Positions 9,829-20,184 of a DNA stretch of 64,000 bases are shown one piece after another (position 1 is the first letter of the stretch; each line of letters opens with the position of its first letter). Origin of the DNA: an uncultured Bacteroidota bacterium. GTDB lineage: Bacteria > Bacteroidota > Bacteroidia > Flavobacteriales > BACL11. The stretch is taken from NCBI GenBank assembly GCA_902533655.1, contig CACAMX010000001.1:88171-152170 (forward strand), given 5' to 3'. Position numbers and translations under genes: made by a program. The notes beneath the pieces are model-generated. The model did no database searches. It worked only from the letters and a program-made list of their open reading frames with translations, and had not been told where the DNA came from.

Positions 9829-10103
9829 AAAATTCCAATCACTGATTCAGAGGAAAGGTTTTATGCTGATGACGAAACAATTAAAAATGATCAAATTATT
9901 TTTAAATAATGTGATAAAGGTTGAGATGTGAATAATAATGAGTTTAATTCGAACGAATCTCTAATTAACATTACAGGAATTTGTAATAAAAACGTTGTTT
10001 TTTTAGCATGATGCCGCACCCAGCAATGGCAGCTGACACTAATTTACCTAATGAAGACGGGGAGTTTTTATTTGATAGTATTATAAAAAACTTTAAAAAC
10101 TAA
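9829..10103 (+). pseudogene. decayed 3' fragment of a second purQ-like gene
   Basis: It translates to KIPITDSEERFYADDETIKNDQIIFK*CDKG*DV..LINITGICNKN.. then, after a frameshift, MMPHPAMAADTNLPNEDGEFLF. This is collinear with PurQ residues about 137-229. It carries two in-frame stops and one frameshift. Confidence 0.75.
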
Positions 10104-10494
10104 CTAAACATACATATTTCTGTTTTAGAAATTATAGATATATTATATAGTATGTGGGATAAAAAGTGCTTCACTACATATTTTTTTAATAATTCTGTTA
10201 CATCCATTTTGTTTTTTTTTTAACAATTTAAGTTGATAAATATTTTTGTTTTTTTCATACACAAAATTGGACTTTTAAATTATAAATTAAATATTTGCGA
10301 TGTTGTTTATCAATATTCCATCTTGCTTAATATATCTCTGCCGCTGAGGTAAATTAATTTAGTAAGTTGGGCACCAATTTTTATAAAACGTATTTGATTA
10401 TTAGCAATAAGTTGTTAATAAAGAAACAAAACGTGTTGTTTATAAATCTTGTTAAGTTGTAATTTTAATTTTTTAAAATCTATTAAGTAATATT

Positions 10495-11787
10495 ATGCAA
10501 GTCAAAGAAATTATGCAAATCAATGAAATTTTTAAGCGCAATCACACCAAAGTGCCTTTTCAAATTGAAAAGATCATAGAGGCTGTACTAAAAGCAATGC
10601 TATCGGTGAAAAACGGATCTCCCAAAGATGCAGAAGAAATTGCAAACAAAGTTTGCTCCAATTTAAATGAAAGAAAAGCTAGTATACCTAACTACGTTCC
10701 AAATGTTGAAGAGATTCAAGACCTAGTTGAACAAACTTTAATGAAAAGTGAGTTTTTAGATGTTGCAAAAGCATATATATTATATAGAAATATTCAGGCG
10801 AAAAAAAGACAAAGAAATATTTTTGAAAGAAAAATTACTCTCAAACCTTTTGAGTATCCAGAACTCTACGAATATGTTCCTGCAATTAGACATTCATATT
10901 GGATTCATACAGAGTTTAATTTTACAAGTGATGTCCAAGATTTTAAAACACATTTAACAGATATTGAAAGAAATGCAATTAAAAATGCCATGCTAGCAAT
11001 TTCTCAAATTGAAGTTGCTGTAAAAAGTTTTTGGGGAGATATTTATCACAAAATCCCCAAGCCAGAAGTTGGTGCTGTTGGTTCTACTTTTGCTGAAAGC
11101 GAAGTGAGACATACAGATGCATATTCACACTTGCTTGAAATATTGGGCCTAAATACTGAGTTTAAAAATTTGAAAAAGAACCCTGTGATAATGAAAAGAG
11201 TTCGCTATTTGGATGCAGCGCTTGTTAGTTCAAAAAGTGAAAACGACAAAGAATATACAGAAGCAATATTATTATTCTCACTATTTATTGAACATGTATC
11301 TTTATTTTCACAATTTTTGATAATAATGGCCTTCAACAAACATAAAAATATGCTTAAGGGGATATCTAATGTTGTAGAAGCTACGTCAAAAGAAGAGCAA
11401 ATTCATGGAGATTTTGGTATTGATTTAATTAATATAATTAAAAAAGAAAATCCACAATGGTTTGATGTCAAGTACGAGTTCAAGGTGCAAAATATGTGCA
11501 AAACCGCATATGAAGCTGAAAGTGCAATTGTAGACTGGATTTTTGAAAAAGGAGAGGTTGATTTTTTGCCTAAAAATCAAATTAAAGAATTTATAAAAGA
11601 TAGATTTAACAGATCATTATCGAGTATTGGAGTTAAAGAAGTATTTGAAACAGATTCAAATATATTAAATGAAACCGAATGGTTTAATGATGAAATTATC
11701 GGAACCAAACATGTTGATTTTTTTGTTAAAAGATCTATTAATTACAGTAAAAAAGCTCAAAGTATAACCGCTCAAGACTTATTTTAA
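10495..11787 (+). CDS. nrdB: class I ribonucleotide reductase small (radical-generating) subunit with N-terminal ATP-cone
   Basis: 430 aa. An N-terminal stretch of about 100 aa shows the ATP-cone pattern (FKRNHTKVPFQIEKIIEAVLKA ... AKAYILYR). The ferritin-like core has ESEVRHTDAYSHLL and EEQIHGDFG. Confidence 0.9.
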   Translation: MQVKEIMQINEIFKRNHTKVPFQIEKIIEAVLKAMLSVKNGSPKDAEEIANKVCSNLNERKASIPNYVPNVEEIQDLVEQTLMKSEFLDVAKAYILYRNIQAKKRQRNIFERKITLKPFEYPELYEYVPAIRHSYWIHTEFNFTSDVQDFKTHLTDIERNAIKNAMLAISQIEVAVKSFWGDIYHKIPKPEVGAVGSTFAESEVRHTDAYSHLLEILGLNTEFKNLKKNPVIMKRVRYLDAALVSSKSENDKEYTEAILLFSLFIEHVSLFSQFLIIMAFNKHKNMLKGISNVVEATSKEEQIHGDFGIDLINIIKKENPQWFDVKYEFKVQNMCKTAYEAESAIVDWIFEKGEVDFLPKNQIKEFIKDRFNRSLSSIGVKEVFETDSNILNETEWFNDEIIGTKHVDFFVKRSINYSKKAQSITAQDLF

Positions 11788-11790
11788 GAT

Positions 11791-13584
11791 ATGCAAAACA
11801 CTAAACCAGATTTAGCTAAAAACCAATCTATAGAAAACAAAAAAAATTCGGACTATGAGTACCTAATTGAAGCAAGATCAAAAGCAATAAACGCAAAAAA
11901 AGAAAACGCTAGCTTTGGCTGGTTAACTGAACATAGTAGAAGTTTTTTAGCAGCAGGTTATGTTGCAGAAGGTGTTAAAGCAGAAGAAAGAATTAGAGAG
12001 ATTGCCAACAGAGCAGAAGAAATATTAAAGTTACCTGGATTTAGTGATAAATTTTTTAACTATATGGAAAAGGGCTATTATTCCCTTTCTTCACCTGTGT
12101 GGTCAAATTTTGGAAAAAAGAGAGGCCTCCCTATCAGTTGTTTTGGGTCGAATATTGCCGACGACATGGGTAATATTTTATACACCCAATCAGAAGTGGG
12201 TATGATGTCAAAACTTGGTGGGGGAACTTCTGGATATTTTGGTAATATAAGACATCGTGGGGCAAGTGTTAAAGACAATGGTGAAGCGTCCGGTTCTGTA
12301 CACATTATGCAATTGTTTGAAACTATGGTTGATGTGGTTAGTCAGGGGTCTGTTCGTCGGGGTCGTTTTTCTCCTTATTTACCAGTTGAACATCCAGACA
12401 TTTTAGAATTCCTTGACATTGGAACCGAAGGAAATCCTATCCAAGAACTTACTCATGGTGTTTCTGTTACTGACAAATGGATTCAAGAAATGATTGATGG
12501 TGATGTGGAAAAGCGTACTGTTTGGGCGAAAGTACTTCAAAGGAGAGGAGAAATTGGATACCCTTATATATTCTTTAAAGACAATGCTAACAATGGGGCT
12601 CCAGAGGTTTATAAGAAGAACAACTACACAGTAAACGCAAGTAATTTATGTACTGAGATAATGTTGCCATCAAATGATGAGTGGTCTTTTGTTTGTTGTC
12701 TTTCATCTCTTAATGCTTTACATTATGACGACTGGAAAAATACAGACGCCGTTGAAACAATGATATATTTTTTAGATGCCGTAATAAGTGAATTTGTTGA
12801 AAAACTAGATGTTTATAAAGACTCTTCCGACTTAGGCGATCAACAAACCTTTTTGTTCATGAAAAGAGCATACAATTTTGCAAAAGATCATAGAGCCCTA
12901 GGGTTAGGGGTATTAGGTTGGCACTCATTACTACAATCTAAGATGTTTTCCTTTAACAGTCAAGAGGCTTATAACTTAAATTCAGAAATATTTAAATTTA
13001 TAAAAATTAAATCCTATGAAGCATCAGCAAAATTAGCAGAAATTTACGGAGAACCCAAAGTGTTAAAGGGGTTTGGAAGAAGAAACACAACGTTAAATGC
13101 TATTGCTCCAACAACATCATCCGCTTTCATTCTTGGACAAGTTTCTCAAGGAATTGAGCCTATTTGGTCAAATATTTATGTTAAAGATATCGCAAAAACC
13201 AAATCAACAATTAAAAACCCTTTTTTAGTTACGTTGCTTGAAGAAAAAGAAAAAAACACACAAGATGTATGGCGAAATATTAGAGATAAAGACGGTTCGG
13301 TTCAGCATTTAGATTTTTTATCTGATCATGAAAAAGACGTATTTAAAACCTATACTGAAATAGATCAAATGGATATAATCTATCAAGCTGCTAATAGACA
13401 GAACCACATTGACCAAGGACAGTCAGTGAATCTTATGGTCCACCCCAACATGCCCGTAAAGGATATAAACAAATTATATATAACAGCATGGAAACTTGGT
13501 TTAAAATCTTTATACTATCAACATAGTATGAATGCAGCACAACAATTTAAACAAAAAAAAGAATGTGCTTCCTGCGAAGCCTAA
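11791..13584 (+). CDS. nrdA: class I ribonucleotide reductase catalytic subunit, no ATP-cone
   Basis: 597 aa. SNLCTEI active-site motif and a C-terminal CASCEA redox Cys pair. The N-terminus has no ATP-cone signature. Confidence 0.92.
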   Translation: MQNTKPDLAKNQSIENKKNSDYEYLIEARSKAINAKKENASFGWLTEHSRSFLAAGYVAEGVKAEERIREIANRAEEILKLPGFSDKFFNYMEKGYYSLSSPVWSNFGKKRGLPISCFGSNIADDMGNILYTQSEVGMMSKLGGGTSGYFGNIRHRGASVKDNGEASGSVHIMQLFETMVDVVSQGSVRRGRFSPYLPVEHPDILEFLDIGTEGNPIQELTHGVSVTDKWIQEMIDGDVEKRTVWAKVLQRRGEIGYPYIFFKDNANNGAPEVYKKNNYTVNASNLCTEIMLPSNDEWSFVCCLSSLNALHYDDWKNTDAVETMIYFLDAVISEFVEKLDVYKDSSDLGDQQTFLFMKRAYNFAKDHRALGLGVLGWHSLLQSKMFSFNSQEAYNLNSEIFKFIKIKSYEASAKLAEIYGEPKVLKGFGRRNTTLNAIAPTTSSAFILGQVSQGIEPIWSNIYVKDIAKTKSTIKNPFLVTLLEEKEKNTQDVWRNIRDKDGSVQHLDFLSDHEKDVFKTYTEIDQMDIIYQAANRQNHIDQGQSVNLMVHPNMPVKDINKLYITAWKLGLKSLYYQHSMNAAQQFKQKKECASCEA

Positions 13585-13585
13585 C

Positions 13586-14608
13586 TTGATAAAACAAATA
13601 TTTTTGATAGCTGTTGTTTGTTTATCAGCTTGCGCTAATGTCATCCCACCTAGTGGAGGACCGCTGGACAAAGAGCCACCACGTTTAGTTTCTAAAGAAA
13701 TATTAGTAGATAATAATAAACTACAAAAAGTAGACTTACTATTTGACGAAAACATATCGTTGAATAACTGGAACCAAAACTTTTATATGTCTCCTCCTAG
13801 CGAATGTACAATTAAAAAAAGTGTAAATAAAAGAAAACTTACTATGTACTTTGAGCCATATTTTTTAATTGAACACGGTTATAAATTATGCTTATCTAAT
13901 GCTGTAAAAGACTATAACGAAGGTAATATTTTAGACTCGCTTGAGATTAAGTCCAAAACTGTTTACAATAATATTTTTAAAGGAATCCTAAAATGTGTAT
14001 ACGAGGATATGCCTCTTCAAAATCATTGGGTAACTCTTTATAATAGTAGTATTTCTGACTCTTTAATTTTTAAAAAATTACCATCGTATATCACAAAATC
14101 TGACGAAAATGGAGAGTTTAAATTTGAGGACATAAAACCTGGTAATTATAAGCTTCTTTCAATAGAAAATAGCTTTAATTTTTATGATTATAAGCAGTAT
14201 GTATCCTTTAGTAATAACTATTATCTAGTTCATGACTCCTCTTTTATCAATACTCGTCTTAATGCATATAGTTCTGAACTTTCATTCAAAAATGATTCAG
14301 TGGTTAATGACACTCTGAAAACAAATAATCAAATTATTGTTAATACTAACAAAGACAAAAATTTAATGATAGAACTTTACAATAACAAAAAATTAATAAA
14401 ACGCGAGGAGGTAATTAATAAAGCTTGTACACTTAATAATCTTAAAAAGGGGGAATACCATTTAAAATATTTTATCGATTTAGATTCAAATAAAATTTTC
14501 AGTAATGGTAGATTTTTAAAAAAGCAATCTGAAGTAAAATTAAATTATAACAAAAGTATAAACGTGCTGGAAAATTGGTCTGCAGAAATTGACCTGATTA
14601 TTGACTAA
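13586..14608 (+). CDS. lipoprotein with Ig-like domain(s)
   Basis: I prefer the TTG start at 13586 because it yields the lipoprotein signal IKQIFLIAVVCLSAC. PPSGGPLDKEPPRLV is typical of Bacteroidetes Ig-like lipoproteins. The ORF-track start at 13532 would overlap nrdA by 53 nt. Confidence 0.65.
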   Translation: MIKQIFLIAVVCLSACANVIPPSGGPLDKEPPRLVSKEILVDNNKLQKVDLLFDENISLNNWNQNFYMSPPSECTIKKSVNKRKLTMYFEPYFLIEHGYKLCLSNAVKDYNEGNILDSLEIKSKTVYNNIFKGILKCVYEDMPLQNHWVTLYNSSISDSLIFKKLPSYITKSDENGEFKFEDIKPGNYKLLSIENSFNFYDYKQYVSFSNNYYLVHDSSFINTRLNAYSSELSFKNDSVVNDTLKTNNQIIVNTNKDKNLMIELYNNKKLIKREEVINKACTLNNLKKGEYHLKYFIDLDSNKIFSNGRFLKKQSEVKLNYNKSINVLENWSAEIDLIID

Positions 14609-15366
14609 CGTCTATCTTTAAAAAAAGGATATCTTTTCCTATATTTTTTTAAGTTATTTAAATCAATTTGAAAAAATAAATGATCTTTTTCACTATTTTT
14701 TTTATGTAAATCATCACCTGTATAGCTTATTAATCTCGAGTGCCCTGGATAATTAATTTTGTTTTCATCATCGTATCCATTTCTATTTACTCCGATTACA
14801 AATGATTGGTTTTCAATAGCTCTTGCAGGTAATAATAAGTCCCATGCGTTAATTCTTTGAATCGGCCAATTTGCAACATATATTATTATATCATATACTT
14901 CCTCTTTTGTTAACACTGGAAATCTTAAGTCATAACAAATTTGTGGACAAATGTTCCAATTCTTATATTTAAATGATTTTACTTCAGTGCCTGAGGTAAT
15001 ATGTTTATCCTCATTTGCAATAGAAAATAAATGAAGTTTATCATAGGTGTGTATAATGTCATTTAGATTGTCGTAAAAAATAAATCTGTTGAAAATATTA
15101 TCATTTTCTTTAACCATTAAACTACCACAAATTGCACACTGCTTTTCTCTTGCTAATGTCTTCATCCATAAAATTGAAGGGTTATTTTTAAATTGATAAA
15201 CATTTTTAGGAGGAAAGTTAAATCCCGCATCAAAGGTCTCAGGTAGTACTATTAAATCAATATTTATTAAATTTTTTAATTTGTTGTAAATGTTCTCAAG
15301 ATTTTGATTTATGTCAAAGCCTATTATTCCTGATTCTACTAGACAAACATCCAGCTTTGAACTCAT
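14605..15366 (-). CDS. carbon-nitrogen hydrolase (nitrilase-superfamily amidohydrolase)
   Basis: A Glu-Lys-Cys triad context: LPETF, KLHLF, and CYDLRFP. Confidence 0.85.
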   Translation of the reverse strand: MSSKLDVCLVESGIIGFDINQNLENIYNKLKNLINIDLIVLPETFDAGFNFPPKNVYQFKNNPSILWMKTLAREKQCAICGSLMVKENDNIFNRFIFYDNLNDIIHTYDKLHLFSIANEDKHITSGTEVKSFKYKNWNICPQICYDLRFPVLTKEEVYDIIIYVANWPIQRINAWDLLLPARAIENQSFVIGVNRNGYDDENKINYPGHSRLISYTGDDLHKKNSEKDHLFFQIDLNNLKKYRKRYPFFKDRR

Positions 15367-15369
15367 TAT

Positions 15370-16119
15370 TTACTGAGATTTATATTTTGCTTTTACAAAC
15401 TCTCTGTTTAGTCTAGCGATATTATCTAGTGATATTCCTTTTGGACACTCTACTTCACAAGCTCCAGTATTCGTGCAATTGCCGAAGCCTTCCTCATCCA
15501 TTTGTTTAACCATGTTTAACACCCGATCTGTGGCTTCAACTTTTCCTTGTGGAAGTAATGAGTACTGTGATACTTTTGCAGACACAAACAGCATGGCCGA
15601 GGCATTTTTACAAGTAGCTACGCATGCAGCACATCCAATACATGTTGCGGCATCAAATGCTTTATCAGCATCTTTTTTTTCTATAGGAATTGCGTTGGCA
15701 TCTTGAGTGTTTCCTGATGTATTTACCGATATATAGCCTCCAGCATGTTGAATTCTGTCGAAGGCTGACCTGTCAACAACCAAATCCTTAATAACAGGAA
15801 ATGGTTTTGCTCTAAATGGTTCTATAAAAATGGTATCACCATCATTGAACTTTCTCATGTGTAACTGACAAGTCGTAACTAATCTATCAGGACCATGAGC
15901 TTGTCCATTTATAAACATAGAGCATGAACCACATATACCTTCTCTACAATCGTGATCAAAAGCTACTGGATCTTCATTTCTATTAATCAGCTCCTCATTT
16001 AGAACATCCATCATCTCTAAAAAAGACATGTCTGGTGTGATGTCAAAAATTTCATAATCTTTTAATTCACCTTTAGATTTATTGTTTTCTTGCCTCCAGA
16101 TTTTTAAATTTAGTTTCAT
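15370..16119 (-). CDS. sdhB: succinate dehydrogenase/fumarate reductase iron-sulfur subunit
   Basis: [11 protein letters not shown] (2Fe-2S), [11 protein letters not shown] and [12 protein letters not shown] cluster motifs. Confidence 0.95.
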   Translation of the reverse strand: MKLNLKIWRQENNKSKGELKDYEIFDITPDMSFLEMMDVLNEELINRNEDPVAFDHDCREGICGSCSMFINGQAHGPDRLVTTCQLHMRKFNDGDTIFIEPFRAKPFPVIKDLVVDRSAFDRIQHAGGYISVNTSGNTQDANAIPIEKKDADKAFDAATCIGCAACVATCKNASAMLFVSAKVSQYSLLPQGKVEATDRVLNMVKQMDEEGFGNCTNTGACEVECPKGISLDNIARLNREFVKAKYKSQ

Positions 16120-16120
16120 C

Positions 16121-18133
16121 TTATTTATATGATCTTGTTTTAAGTTCTACGTTTTTAAATGTTAATTCTTCTTTATGTAAAATTGCCTCTGATGGCTCTC
16201 CATTGTATTCCCAAGCTGAAACAAAGTTGTATTTTTCGTCATTTCTCAAAGCCTCACCTTCTTTTGTTTGATGCTCTTCTCTGAAATGACCACCACATGA
16301 CTCCTCTCTATCAAGGGCATCTTTTGCAAACAGTTCTCCCAGTTCCAAAAAATCTGCAACTCTTAAAGCTTTTGAGAGTGTTTCATTAAACCCTTTATTT
16401 TTTCCTGTTACATTTACACTTTTATAAAACTCTTTTCTCAACTCTTTAACTTCTTGAATAGCTTCTTCTAACCCTTTTTTATTTCTTGCCATACCACACT
16501 TATTCCATATTATCTTTCCTAACTTTTTATGAAAATAATCTACTGTTTTACTTCCTTTAGTGGATAATAATTTTTCTATTTTTTCTTCAACAGATTTTTG
16601 AGCCTCTTCAAATTCCTTAGTATCAGTGGAAATTGGACCAGTTCTAATGTCAGCAGATAAGTAGTCACCTATTGTGTATGGAAGCACAAAATAACCGTCA
16701 GCTAAACCTTGCATAAGTGCTGATGCTCCGAGCCTATTTGCTCCATGATCAGAAAAATTTGCTTCACCAATTGCAAAGCATCCAGGAACAGTTGTCATCA
16801 AATTATAATCAACCCAAACTCCTCCCATTGTATAATGTACAGCTGGGTATATCATCATTGGTGTCTCATATGGATTTTGGTCTACAATTTTTTCGTACAT
16901 CTGAAATAGATTTCCATATTTTGATTTAACAATTTCCTTTCCAAGCTTTTCAACAAGATCTTTGTCCTCAGTATCTAAATTTTTTATTTGAGCTTGCTCT
17001 TTTCCATATCTTATTATGGCATCATAAAAGTCTAGATAAACCGCCTCACCTGTTTTATTTACTCCATACCCAGCATCGCACCTTTCTTTTGCCGCTCTTG
17101 AAGCAACATCTCTTGGAACAAGATTACCAAATGCAGGATATCTTCTTTCCAAATAATAATCTCTGTCCTCTTCTTTTAGATCAGTAGGTTTTAGGCTTCC
17201 TTGCCTAATTTTCTTGGCATCTTCTTTAGATTTTGGCACCCATATTCTTCCGTCATTTCTCAAAGACTCTGACATTAAAGTAAGCTTTGATTGATAATCT
17301 CCCGAAACTGGAATGCATGTTGGATGAATTTGAGTGAAACAAGGATTAGCAAAAAAAGCTCCTTTTTTATGTATCTTCCATGAGGCTGTTACATTACTTC
17401 CCATAGCATTAGTTGATAGGTAAAAAAGATTTCCATATCCCCCAGAAGCTATTACAACTGCATGAGCTGAATGTCTTTCTATTTCACCAGTAACCAAGTT
17501 TCTAGTAATAATCCCTCTTGCCTTTCCATCAACAATTACAAGTTCTAACATTTCATGTCTGCTATACATTTTTATCTTTCCTCTCGAAATTTGTCTGTTC
17601 ATCGCTGAATACGCACCAAGTAGTAATTGCTGGCCCGTTTGACCTTTTGCATAAAATGTTCTAGAAACTAGAACTCCACCAAATGATCTGTTATCTAATA
17701 GCCCCCCATAATCTCTGGCAAATGGTACTCCTTGAGCAACACATTGATCAATGATATTAGCAGATACTTCAGCAAGTCTATAAACATTTGATTCTCTGGA
17801 TCTATAATCTCCTCCTTTAATTGTATCATAGAACAATCGGTATGTAGAGTCTCCGTCTCCTTGGTAGTTCTTTGCAGCATTTATACCTCCTTGAGCTGCT
17901 ATAGAGTGTGCTCTTCTTGGTGAGTCTTGAAAACAAAATGATTTCACATTATATCCCAGCTCAGCTAGAGTTGCAGATGCTGAACCTCCAGCTAGTCCAG
18001 TACCAACAACAATAACATCGATTAATCTTTTGTTTGCAGGACTGACCAGATTAATTTCATTTTTGTGTCTTTCCCATTTCCCTGCTAAATCTCCATTGGG
18101 CTCTTTTGAATGTAAAAACTTTGTATCTGCCAT
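16121..18133 (-). CDS. sdhA: succinate dehydrogenase/fumarate reductase flavoprotein subunit
   Basis: 670 aa. [14 protein letters not shown] fold, [13 protein letters not shown], and HYTMGG. Confidence 0.95.
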   Translation of the reverse strand: MADTKFLHSKEPNGDLAGKWERHKNEINLVSPANKRLIDVIVVGTGLAGGSASATLAELGYNVKSFCFQDSPRRAHSIAAQGGINAAKNYQGDGDSTYRLFYDTIKGGDYRSRESNVYRLAEVSANIIDQCVAQGVPFARDYGGLLDNRSFGGVLVSRTFYAKGQTGQQLLLGAYSAMNRQISRGKIKMYSRHEMLELVIVDGKARGIITRNLVTGEIERHSAHAVVIASGGYGNLFYLSTNAMGSNVTASWKIHKKGAFFANPCFTQIHPTCIPVSGDYQSKLTLMSESLRNDGRIWVPKSKEDAKKIRQGSLKPTDLKEEDRDYYLERRYPAFGNLVPRDVASRAAKERCDAGYGVNKTGEAVYLDFYDAIIRYGKEQAQIKNLDTEDKDLVEKLGKEIVKSKYGNLFQMYEKIVDQNPYETPMMIYPAVHYTMGGVWVDYNLMTTVPGCFAIGEANFSDHGANRLGASALMQGLADGYFVLPYTIGDYLSADIRTGPISTDTKEFEEAQKSVEEKIEKLLSTKGSKTVDYFHKKLGKIIWNKCGMARNKKGLEEAIQEVKELRKEFYKSVNVTGKNKGFNETLSKALRVADFLELGELFAKDALDREESCGGHFREEHQTKEGEALRNDEKYNFVSAWEYNGEPSEAILHKEELTFKNVELKTRSYK

Positions 18134-18136
18134 TTC

Positions 18137-18793
18137 TTAATGCATTAAATGATGATATATAGCAATAAATGCAAAGCCGAACGGGACTACTATTGCAAAT
18201 ATTTTTCCAAGTATATTTATTTGATTTGCATACTTTCTGTCAGTTCCAACACTTTGAAAAGAAGAGCTAAACCCATGAAGCAGATGTAGTGACAAGAAAA
18301 TAAAAGATATAACGTAAAGACCTACGCGAACTGGATTATGAAACTTGTGTACCAATTCTTCATAATATCTATTAGGGTCTTCGGGTAAGAAATTTATGTA
18401 TTTATATTGCATTTCTGGCACCCAAAAGTCATAAAAGTGCAAAAACAAAAAAGAAAGAACTACTAAGCCAGAAATAATCATATTTCTAGAAACCCATGAT
18501 GAGTTTTCTGAGCCCTTGAAGTACTGGTATCTACTTTTTCTTGACGATCTGTTCTGTATCTCTAACACAAAACCCATCACAAAGTGAAAAACTACACCAA
18601 AAATTAAAATTGGTTGTAATATAAACTGCACTAGAAAATTTGTTCCCATGAAATGTGAGAATGTATTAAAGATATTTTCACTAAAAACAGAAGTTATATT
18701 TATTGTAAAATGTTGGAGTAAAAAAATCATCAAAAACATGCCAGAGACTGCCATGAGAATTTTTTTTATAATCGACGAATTGGTATTTACCAT
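18137..18793 (-). CDS. sdhC: succinate dehydrogenase cytochrome b subunit (Bacteroidetes type)
   Basis: 218 aa, five TM helices with conserved His residues, immediately upstream of sdhA and sdhB. Confidence 0.85.
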   Translation of the reverse strand: MVNTNSSIIKKILMAVSGMFLMIFLLQHFTINITSVFSENIFNTFSHFMGTNFLVQFILQPILIFGVVFHFVMGFVLEIQNRSSRKSRYQYFKGSENSSWVSRNMIISGLVVLSFLFLHFYDFWVPEMQYKYINFLPEDPNRYYEELVHKFHNPVRVGLYVISFIFLSLHLLHGFSSSFQSVGTDRKYANQINILGKIFAIVVPFGFAFIAIYHHLMH

Positions 18794-18797
18794 TATG

Positions 18798-18828
18798 CAA
18801 ATTTAAACCACAGAACTTAAATTAGCAA
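18798..18828 (-). promoter_or_regulatory. sdhCAB promoter: TTG-N20-TAAATTTG, with the -7 box ending 4 nt before the ATG
   Basis: On the minus strand, TTG lies at 18826-18828 and TAAATTTG at 18798-18805. The sdhC ATG is at 18791-18793. Confidence 0.5.
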
Positions 18829-18900
18829 CAATAATTATATGAATTCAGTAAATAGAGAAAAAAAAATTAAGTAAACTATATTTGTAACAAATTAAATGTT

Positions 18901-20184
18901 ATGAGATATCAAAAAATTAACAGAGAATTATTCATCAATAACAGATTTAAATTTAATCAAAAAACTACTGACAACAGTTTAACTGTATTTAATTCGAATG
19001 ATCAGATGCCAACTAATGCTGATGGAACGATGCCCTTCAAGCAAAATAGCGATCTATTTTGGATGACAGGAATTAATCAAGAAGATACTACTCTGATAAT
19101 TGCAAAAATTAATGGTGAAATTTTCGAAAAGCTTTATATCAAAGAGACGAATGAACATATCTCGATTTGGGAAGGGGAAAAGTTAACAAAACAACGTGCT
19201 AAACAAATTTCAGGTATTGATTCAATTTATTGGAATGAGTGTTTTTTAAAAGATTTTAAAAATTTATGCAATCAGATCAATTCAATATATCTGAACAAAA
19301 ACATACATACAAGATCAAAAAATAAAGTTGAAACTTGCGATGATAGATTTAGAAAGAAAATAAAATCAGACTTCTCAAATAAAGAAATTTTAGAAGCCGC
19401 CCCAATAGTTAATGATTTAAGAAGAATCAAATCAAATGAAGAAATTAAATTATTGAAAATAGCTTGCAACATTACCGAAGAGGCTTTTAGAAGAGTTTTA
19501 AAATTTGTAAAACCGGGCGTAATGGAATATGAGATTGAAGCTGAAATAGCTCATACATTTATTTCTAATTGTTCAAAGGGCTTCGCATATGAGCCAATAA
19601 TTGGTTCTGGCTTTAGCTCTTGTATTTTACACTATATAGAAAATAATAAAATTTGTAATGATGGTGATATCTTACTAATGGATTTTGGAGCTGAGTATGC
19701 TAACTACTGTGCTGATCTTAGCCGAACTATTCCAGTAAATGGAAAATACACAAAAAGACAAAAAGATGTATATAATTCTGTTTTACATGTTTTCAATTGC
19801 GCAAAAAGCATGCTTGTTCCAGGTACATTGATTAAAGACTATCATAAAGAGGTTGGAAAAATCATGCAAAATGAATTGATAAAGCTCAAACTCATTGACA
19901 GTCATGATGTGAAAAAGCAAGATGCAAAAAATCCAATTTATAAAAAGTATTTTATGCATGGAACATCTCATTTTCTAGGTCTTGATGTACACGATGTTGG
20001 TAATGTAAAACTTCCAATTGAAAATGGAATGGTTTTTACATGTGAACCAGGAATTTATATTCGCGAGGAAAGCTTAGGGGTAAGAATTGAGAATGATATT
20101 CTCGTTTCTGACAGTGAACCTATTGACCTGATGGGGAAAATACCTGTAGAGGCTAATCATATTGAAGAGATTATGAACTCTTAA
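18901..20184 (+). CDS. pepP: Xaa-Pro aminopeptidase (M24B)
   Basis: HGTSHFLGLDVHD and EPGIY..LGVRIEND metal-ligand motifs. A TATATTTG box lies at 18877-18884. Confidence 0.9.
   Translation: MRYQKINRELFINNRFKFNQKTTDNSLTVFNSNDQMPTNADGTMPFKQNSDLFWMTGINQEDTTLIIAKINGEIFEKLYIKETNEHISIWEGEKLTKQRAKQISGIDSIYWNECFLKDFKNLCNQINSIYLNKNIHTRSKNKVETCDDRFRKKIKSDFSNKEILEAAPIVNDLRRIKSNEEIKLLKIACNITEEAFRRVLKFVKPGVMEYEIEAEIAHTFISNCSKGFAYEPIIGSGFSSCILHYIENNKICNDGDILLMDFGAEYANYCADLSRTIPVNGKYTKRQKDVYNSVLHVFNCAKSMLVPGTLIKDYHKEVGKIMQNELIKLKLIDSHDVKKQDAKNPIYKKYFMHGTSHFLGLDVHDVGNVKLPIENGMVFTCEPGIYIREESLGVRIENDILVSDSEPIDLMGKIPVEANHIEEIMNS

Noticed and set aside
10137-10186. Two NrdR-box-like AT-rich palindromic stretches (atatattatatagtatgtg and tcactacatatttttt) upstream of nrdB.
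   Set aside because: Each matches only about half of the remembered 16-bp NrdR consensus (acaCwAtATaTwGtgt). They lie more than 300 nt from the ATG. In such AT-rich sequence this level of match is expected by chance.
10335-10378. The GC-richer patch ctctgccgctgagg...ttgggcacc, vaguely reminiscent of a cobalamin-riboswitch B12 box upstream of RNR genes.
   Set aside because: The other conserved cobalamin-riboswitch elements and paired stems are not recognisable on either strand. A class I RNR with no visible B12-dependent alternative gives no rationale for one.
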